A stretch of DNA of 11,798 bases, from the NCBI GenBank assembly GCA_905250045.1, contig CAJNOG010000006.1:463242-475039 (forward strand), in the 5' to 3' direction. Both the position numbers and the translations under genes were made by a program. The stretch comes from Adineta steineri (Eukaryota). Shown here piece by piece: positions 1-5,800 of this stretch; positions within the stretch are counted from its first letter, which is position 1; the number at the start of each line of letters is the position of its first letter. The notes below the pieces were generated by a model, which was not told the origin of the DNA, did no database searches, and saw only the letters and a program-made list of their open reading frames with translations.

Positions 1-435
1 AATATATTGTATTTAAAATTGCATGGTTGATTTGTTCATAATATGATCAATGTTACTAGATTTTTGTAATTGTTCATTCACACGTGATGTATATATTTTC
101 TCTCGCGTAAGAAAGATATATCAATAAATAAGTCGCCATAAAATATTTTGTATTGGAGTGACATCTTTTTTAATAAACAGATTGTACCAATAAAAAAAGT
201 ACCTAGTTAGTCATAAAAAAAATCCGTATGTTGTCTGATGACGATATTTTTTTCTTCTCAATAGTTAACTTGGTTGTTGACTGATTGTTTATTATTGTTT
301 GTTGAATAATTCATCGATTCATCCTTGTGACTGATGTTAGATTACAATCATGATGAAAGAACTCGAACGTATTTTCTTCCTACATAATTCTCTATGCAAA
401 TATTGTTATCAATATCAAATACTTGTCTCAATCAT

Positions 436-446
436 TTTCATTTTAG
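436..446 (+). promoter_or_regulatory. Acceptor-like site 35 nt upstream of the CHMP4 ATG (candidate trans-splice or 5'UTR-intron acceptor)
   Basis: TTTTCATTTTAG with AG at 445-446. A second, weaker AG lies at 472-473 (AAAATTAG). Confidence 0.25.
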
Positions 447-481
447 ATATTTGTTTATTTCTATTAAAATTAGTAAAAATA

Positions 482-793
482 ATGAGTGGTAACAAAGGTG
501 GTGTTTTATCCCGTGTATTTGGTGGTTCATCAAAAGGTGGTGCTAAAACAAAAGTAGCTCAAACACCACAAGAAGCTATACAACAGTTACGTGATGTTGA
601 AGATGTTTTAAATAAAAAAGTTGAACATTTAGAAGCAAAAATTAACGAAGAAACAGCTATAGCTCGTCGTGATGCCCGAACAAATAAACGAAATGCTTTA
701 AATGCACTTAAAAGAAAGAAACGTTTAGAGAAAACTTTACAACAAATTGATGGAACTTTAACAACACTTGAATATCAACGTGAAGCTTTACAA
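482..793 (+). CDS. CHMP4: CHMP4 coding exon 1 of 3
   Basis: ATG 482-484; encodes MSGNKGG...TLEYQREALQ (104 codons); donor GTAAAT at 794. Confidence 0.88.
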
Positions 794-1261
794 GTAAATT
801 TAGAGGAAAATCTATTCAATAAGAATTATTTTTATTTAGAATGCATCAATGAATGGTCAAGCATTTAATGCACTTAAAAGTGCAACAAGTGCTTTGAAAA
901 ATGTTCATAAAGAACTTGATGTTGATAGTGTTCAAGATATAATGGATGAATTAGCAGATCAACATGAATTATCAAATGAAATTGCTAATGCTATTTCAAG
1001 TCCTGTTGGTATGTTTACAATATCAAAAAAAAAATAATTTAAAATGAAATTATTTTCATAGGATTTGGTGCTGAAATTGATGAATTTGAATTGGAAAATG
1101 AATTAGCCCAATTAGAACAAGAAGCTTTATCACAAGAAATGGCTCAAATTAATTTACCACAAGTTCCGGTTTCTTCACACACTTATGCACAACCTGCAGC
1201 TGCTACAGCAGGCAAAGCAAAGAAAGATCCATTGGCTGAATTAGCTGAATGGGCATCATAA
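482..1261 (+). CDS. CHMP4: ESCRT-III subunit CHMP4/Snf7/Vps32 homologue (gene span; 3 coding exons, 226 aa)
   Basis: Spliced model join(482..793,840..1008,1062..1261) = 681 nt = 226 codons + TAA. Protein MSGNKGGVLSRVFGG...EAIQQLRDVEDVLNKKVEHLEAKI...LQQIDGTLTTLEYQREALQ/NASMNGQAFNALKS...VDSVQDIMDELADQHELSNEIANAISSPVG/FGAEIDEFELENELAQLEQE...DPLAELAEWAS is colinear, from memory, with human CHMP4B (..FQREALENANTN..ISKPVGFGEEFDEDEL..LENWAGSM). Introns are 46 and 53 bp, both GT..AG. The start is taken at ATG 482, not the ORF-track ATG at 350. Confidence 0.9.
840..1008 (+). CDS. CHMP4: CHMP4 coding exon 2 of 3
   Basis: Acceptor TTTATTTAG ends at 839; encodes NASMNGQAFNALKSATSALKNVHKELDVDSVQDIMDELADQHELSNEIANAISSPV plus the first nt of a Gly codon; donor GTATGT at 1009. 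Confidence 0.88.
1062..1261 (+). CDS. CHMP4: CHMP4 coding exon 3 of 3
   Basis: Acceptor TTTTCATAG ends at 1061; completes the Gly codon, then encodes FGAEIDEFELENELAQLEQEALSQEMAQINLPQVPVSSHTYAQPAAATAGKAKKDPLAELAEWAS; TAA at 1259-1261. Confidence 0.88.
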
Positions 1262-2316
1262 AATTGATTCTAAAAAACAAAACAAAAAAAAAAGAGACTA
1301 AAGACCGGTTCGTGTCAGTGCATTCCCCTACTTATTCTTTTCATTTCTTTTCTTTTTCATTTATATTTATTTAAGTTCATAGAAATATACATCATATCAT
1401 TGAATATGATTTATTATTTAAAAAAAAGCAAAGTTCTTTCAGCCATTGTACGAAAAAAGTATTCTGCTTACGTTGAAATATGAAAATATATATATGCTGA
1501 TCATTACTATTTTTTTTTCTTCTTCGCTTCATTTTGTCTGTCCTTTGTATACATACGCTCTTTTCTGTTTTATATTTGTTCTTTAATCTGTATAACATCG
1601 ATAAGATAATGATTAAGAAAATAAAACATGTCTCCCGTTCTCTGTTTTTTTTTATTATTTTAAAACCTTTTTTCATATTTTATTTATCTTAAATGATACA
1701 TCTATTGGATATATTTGACGAAGTTTGCACTCGTTTTCTTATAGATTGTAGAACATATTGATTTCATACTCTTTCAATATGAAATCTAATAGATATCTCT
1801 ATTTTTACTCTTTAAAATATAGTTATGAACAAAACATCTTCATTTATTGGCTTTTTCTATTATTATACATCGTAAAAACTTAATAAGTTCTACAAAGATC
1901 ATTAATATTACTTTTTTATTCGAATTAATTCGTATAAAGAAAATCATTGCTGCGCTCAGTTTCTTGTCATAGTGTCTTCTTTTTCACGCTGTTATCAGAT
2001 TTAAAGCGTAACTTAACGTTCTCTAATGTCATTCTGTATGTGTATTATATCTGTGGTAGGTGATTCTAAAATCCAATTGAGTCTAGAATAGTTTTTATAT
2101 TATTAAAATCAGCAACATTGAAATATTTTGATAAGAAAAAATTATTAACATATAATATGATTTTTTTACACCCTCATTATAGTTTTATTTCTGTTGATTT
2201 ATCATCGCGTTATAAGGACCATGAAGTTCGACCATCTTCAGGATGTGAGCGAAACAACGAGATACTCCATCCATCTATTTATCTACTTACTTGAGTGCAT
2301 TATTCTAAAAGAAATC

Positions 2317-2514
2317 TTAGTGATAATATCACTAAAATACGTCATGAATTAATATATATTTTTTCTGATTAGACGAAGAACATCTACTAAATAAATACTT
2401 CCTGAGAAATAAGACTTGAAGTGTGATAGTTTTCGTAAAACCTTCACTTAGGTTTTTTATATAATAAAATCTATTGAACATCTAACACATTCACTCTAGT
2501 GATACTTTAGTGAT
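2317..2514. promoter_or_regulatory. Cluster of four TAGTGAT motifs upstream of TPP2 (one palindromic pair, one tandem pair)
   Basis: TTAGTGAT (2317-2324), AAT, ATCACTAA (2328-2335) form 8-bp inverted arms with a 3-nt spacer. CTAGTGAT (2496-2503) and TTAGTGAT (2507-2514) are direct copies 11 bp apart. They lie 150-350 bp upstream of ATG 2667. Confidence 0.3.
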
Positions 2515-2654
2515 GTAATCCAAACTTTTCAGCTTCATGTTTTAAAAACATACACATAATAAAAAAGTGTAGATGGTAAGTATTTGTTTTCGTGCATTTG
2601 AAGCTGAACTAAAATCTTATGTGAATTGTGGTATAAATAAAATAGAATTTATTC

Positions 2655-2664
2655 ATAATTGTAG
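2655..2664 (+). promoter_or_regulatory. Acceptor-like site 2 nt upstream of the TPP2 ATG (candidate trans-splice/outron acceptor)
   Basis: CATAATTGTAG|AT ATG, with AG at 2663-2664. The TPP2 protein aligns with human from residue 1, so no upstream coding exon is needed. Confidence 0.3.
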
Positions 2665-2666
2665 AT

Positions 2667-2837
2667 ATGAATATATCATCAGTTGCAATTGATACTCATT
2701 TTCCCATAGGTGGATGTTTACCTAAACAACCTACTGGTGCATTACAATTATTAACAAAACATCCTCAATATGATGGACGTCAAGTCACAATTGCTATTCT
2801 TGATACTGGTATTGATCCACTAGCAAATGGTCTTCAA
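2667..2837 (+). CDS. TPP2: TPP2 coding exon 1 of 23
   Basis: ATG 2667; encodes [57 protein letters not shown] (catalytic Asp); donor GTATTT at 2838. Confidence 0.88.
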
Positions 2838-5800
2838 GTATTTATTTATATCTTTTTTTTTCCTATTTTATATAAAACAAGAATTTCTTTTAGAAAACAA
2901 GTACAGGAGAAGTAAAATTAATTGATTTACGTGATAGTACAGGCAGTGGTGATGTGGATATTTCAACCATTGTTAAAATAACATCAACGAATAATAAAGA
3001 TGATGATTCAATTCAAGGTTTATCAGGAAGAAAATTAAAAGTAATAAGAAAATATTGTTTTCAAAATCAACATAGATTTATTTTTGATTTAAAGATTCCA
3101 TCAAGTTGGAAAAATCCATCAGGAAATTATCAAATTGGAATAAAATCATTAAAACAATTAATACCAAATTCTGCTTTTGATCGTCTTTCAGTAAAGAGAA
3201 TTATTTTGGAAATTAAATGATTTAATTTAGAATTAATTTTTTTAGAAAGAACGTCGTGAAAAACTTTTTGATCCTGAACATCGTCTTACTTTAGCTGAAG
3301 CTCAACGTCGTCTCGATGAACATACTAATAAATTTCCAACACCAAATGAAGTATTAAATTTCTTTTTTCTATTTCGAAGAAAATTTAAATTCTTTTTAGG
3401 AACAAAAAATAATTCGCGAAGAATTTCAATCATTTGTTGATGCTTTAAAAGAAGTAGAAAAGAAATACAATGATCCTGGTCCATTTCTTGATTGTATTGT
3501 TTGGAATGATGGAGATAAATGGATGTTCGTATTATTTAATAATAAATATAAATAAAATTAATTCTTTTCATTCTAGTGCATGTATTGATACAACTGAACA
3601 AGGTGAATTAGATAAATGTAAATGTTTAACAAATTATTTTGATTCTCATGAATTTGCGACATTTAGTGCCATAGGTTAGAAGAAAACTAAATAAATGAAG
3701 AAAAGAATTTATTTCTTTGTTTTTTATTTAGATATGGTTACTTATTCCGTACAAATACATCATGAAATTAATATTCTTGAAATTGTCGTAGCTGGAGGTT
3801 AGTTATTATTTTCATTTCTATGAAAAATACCAAATATCATTTCCTATGCTGTACTAAATAATATAGAAAATAGAATATTTCACTGATTCATATATAATTC
3901 TTATAATCGATTATTAATTGTAGAAGTTTAAGACAAATTGTGATAATTCAATAAATAAAACCTGGTTTGTTCTATCTACACTTTTAAGAGAGATTTAATC
4001 TTCAATTGCACATTCTGAGGTTTTGATAAAATAATGTTCTTGCCTAATGTTTCCTTTATCTCATATGAACAAGTGTGACAGATACTCTAAACTAACAATT
4101 CTTAATGCAAATATGTGTAATACTCTGTGTGTTTCTGAATTATCTAGACCCTTGCTTATTACTCAGAAAAAAGCCTGTATTTTACATTCTTTAACGGTTT
4201 AAAATGAGTAAATGAAATCAAATAACCTTAACAACTTCGTTCCAAACAATGAGCTCTTCTTGATTTTGCATTCCATTGAATATAATGGAGGAAAAAAAAC
4301 AATTGATTATAAAATTAATGCGTTATCTAATATGTTTGACGCTAATTATATTCGCTTAAAATGATTCTATAATGAATAAAAGATTTGAAAAATGTACGAT
4401 GTATATAGGTTCTCATGGAACTCATGTTGGTGCAATATCTGCCGCTTATTTTGGCGATTCTTGTGAAGAAAATGGTATTGCACCTGGTGCACAACTTTTA
4501 TCAATTAGTATAGGTGATCATCGTTTATCAACTATGGAAACAGTTCCATCTCTAGTTCGAGCTGTATGTTTAATAGATTTATTTTATTTGAGACAATGTT
4601 TGTATTATTTAATTAGATAAAATATTGTATTGATTATAAAGTTGATATAATAAATTTAAGTTATGGAGAAGATTGTCAAATTCCTAATTCTGGGTAAGAA
4701 TTTATTTACAAAGAAATTTAAAAGAAAATCCTTATATTTATATTACAGACGAGTACAAGAATTATTTAATGAAGCTGTTGAAAAACATGGAATAATATTT
4801 GTTTCATCAGCTGGAAATAATGGTCCAGCATTAAGTACAACAGGTGCACCTGGTGCAACATGTACAAATCTCATTGGTAGATTAATTAGTTTTTTTGAAT
4901 CAGATAAGATAATTTTTATTTTTTTATTTCTTCAACTGAAGGTGTTGGTGCTTATGTAACACCTGAAATGCAATTAGCAGAATATGCATTAAGAGAATCT
5001 ACAGGTTGTACAACATCATTTACCTGGTCATCACGTGGTCCATGTAGTGATGGATGGTTAGGTGTATGTATTAGTGCACCTGGTGCTGCTATTACAAGGT
5101 TTGATATAATCTTTAGAAAAGAAATTTTCTTTATCAAAATTTCTTTTCCATTAGTGTACCACAGTTTTGTTTATCTCAAAGACAATTAATGAATGGAACA
5201 TCAATGGCATCACCAAATGCTGCTGGATGTGTTGGTAAAATTTATTGTTTATTAGTTTTTATGACTTATTAATTTGTTTAGCTCTTTTGGTAAGTGCATT
5301 GAAACAAGAAGAAATTGAGTATAATCCATCATTAATTCGTCGTGCATTAATGAATACAGCACAGAAAATAGAAGATGAATTTTCTGTTGGTGCTGGTCTT
5401 CTACAAATTCATAAAGCTTTAGATTATATTCGTTCATTAGCTAAACCATCATTAATATCAAAAATACAATTAGATATTACAGGTGGACAAGGACGTGGAG
5501 TTTATTTACGAGATTTTGATCAAGTTCAAACAAGTTCGGGTGATATACGTTTAACTGTTAAAACGAAATATTTATCAAAAAAACCGAATCAATTAGTTAC
5601 TTATGATGGTAATATAAACAACAAAAAAGAAAAAGATTCTATTTATATAAAACTATTAATTTAGATCAAGAAGTCAAAATCAAATTTGCTTGTCGTTTAT
5701 CATTTATTTGTGATCCACCAGTTAGTTATGTTCAACATGCCAAATTTCTTGATTTATCTTATGCAGATCGAACATTTGATATCAGAATTGATCCATCACA

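Noticed and set aside
78-164. Short minus-strand ORF (ATG at 164-162, MSLQYKIFYGDLFIDISFLRERKYIHH, stop at 80-78) as a possible first exon of a divergent gene
   Set aside because: It is only 27 codons with no recognisable motif, and I could not extend it through any GT..AG junction without hitting stops.
350-481. N-terminal 44-aa extension of the ORF-track entry 350..868
   Set aside because: It encodes hydrophobic low-complexity sequence with no counterpart in Snf7/CHMP4 proteins. The conserved N-terminus MSGNKGG begins at ATG 482, and acceptor-like sites at 446 and 473 suggest the region is removed from the mRNA.
1392-1676. 94-aa ORF on the minus strand
   Set aside because: It is Lys/Arg/Ile/Phe-rich low-complexity translation of a pyrimidine-rich tract, with no recognisable motif and no codon-bias match to the real genes. 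It is most likely a chance ORF in the CHMP4 3' flank.
1760-1786. Perfect 9-bp hairpin GATTTCATA-(9 nt)-TATGAAATC
   Set aside because: It is AT-rich and short with no flanking signals. It is noted inside the spacer finding but is not strong enough to stand as a feature.
2205-2275. tRNA-like T-arm (TGAAG-TTCGACCAT-CTTCA) in a GC-richer patch
   Set aside because: The loop is 9 nt rather than 7. The sequence that would form the 3' acceptor strand (GGATGTG) has no complementary 5' strand at the expected distance, and I could not build D or anticodon arms. It is not a tRNA and at best a chance resemblance.
3041-3094. TPP2 intron 2 is 54 bp, in frame and stop-free, so the ORF track fuses exons 2 and 3
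   Set aside because: Its GTAATA..AAG boundaries and the exact continuity GRKLK/IPSSW with human GRVLKIPASW show it is an intron. The encoded [18 protein letters not shown] has no counterpart. In-frame retention is possible but there is no evidence for it.
3302-5437. Minus-strand ORFs 3302..3484, 4952..5137 and 5252..5437
   Set aside because: They are antisense shadows of TPP2 exons and introns. The + strand carries unambiguous subtilase motifs at these positions.
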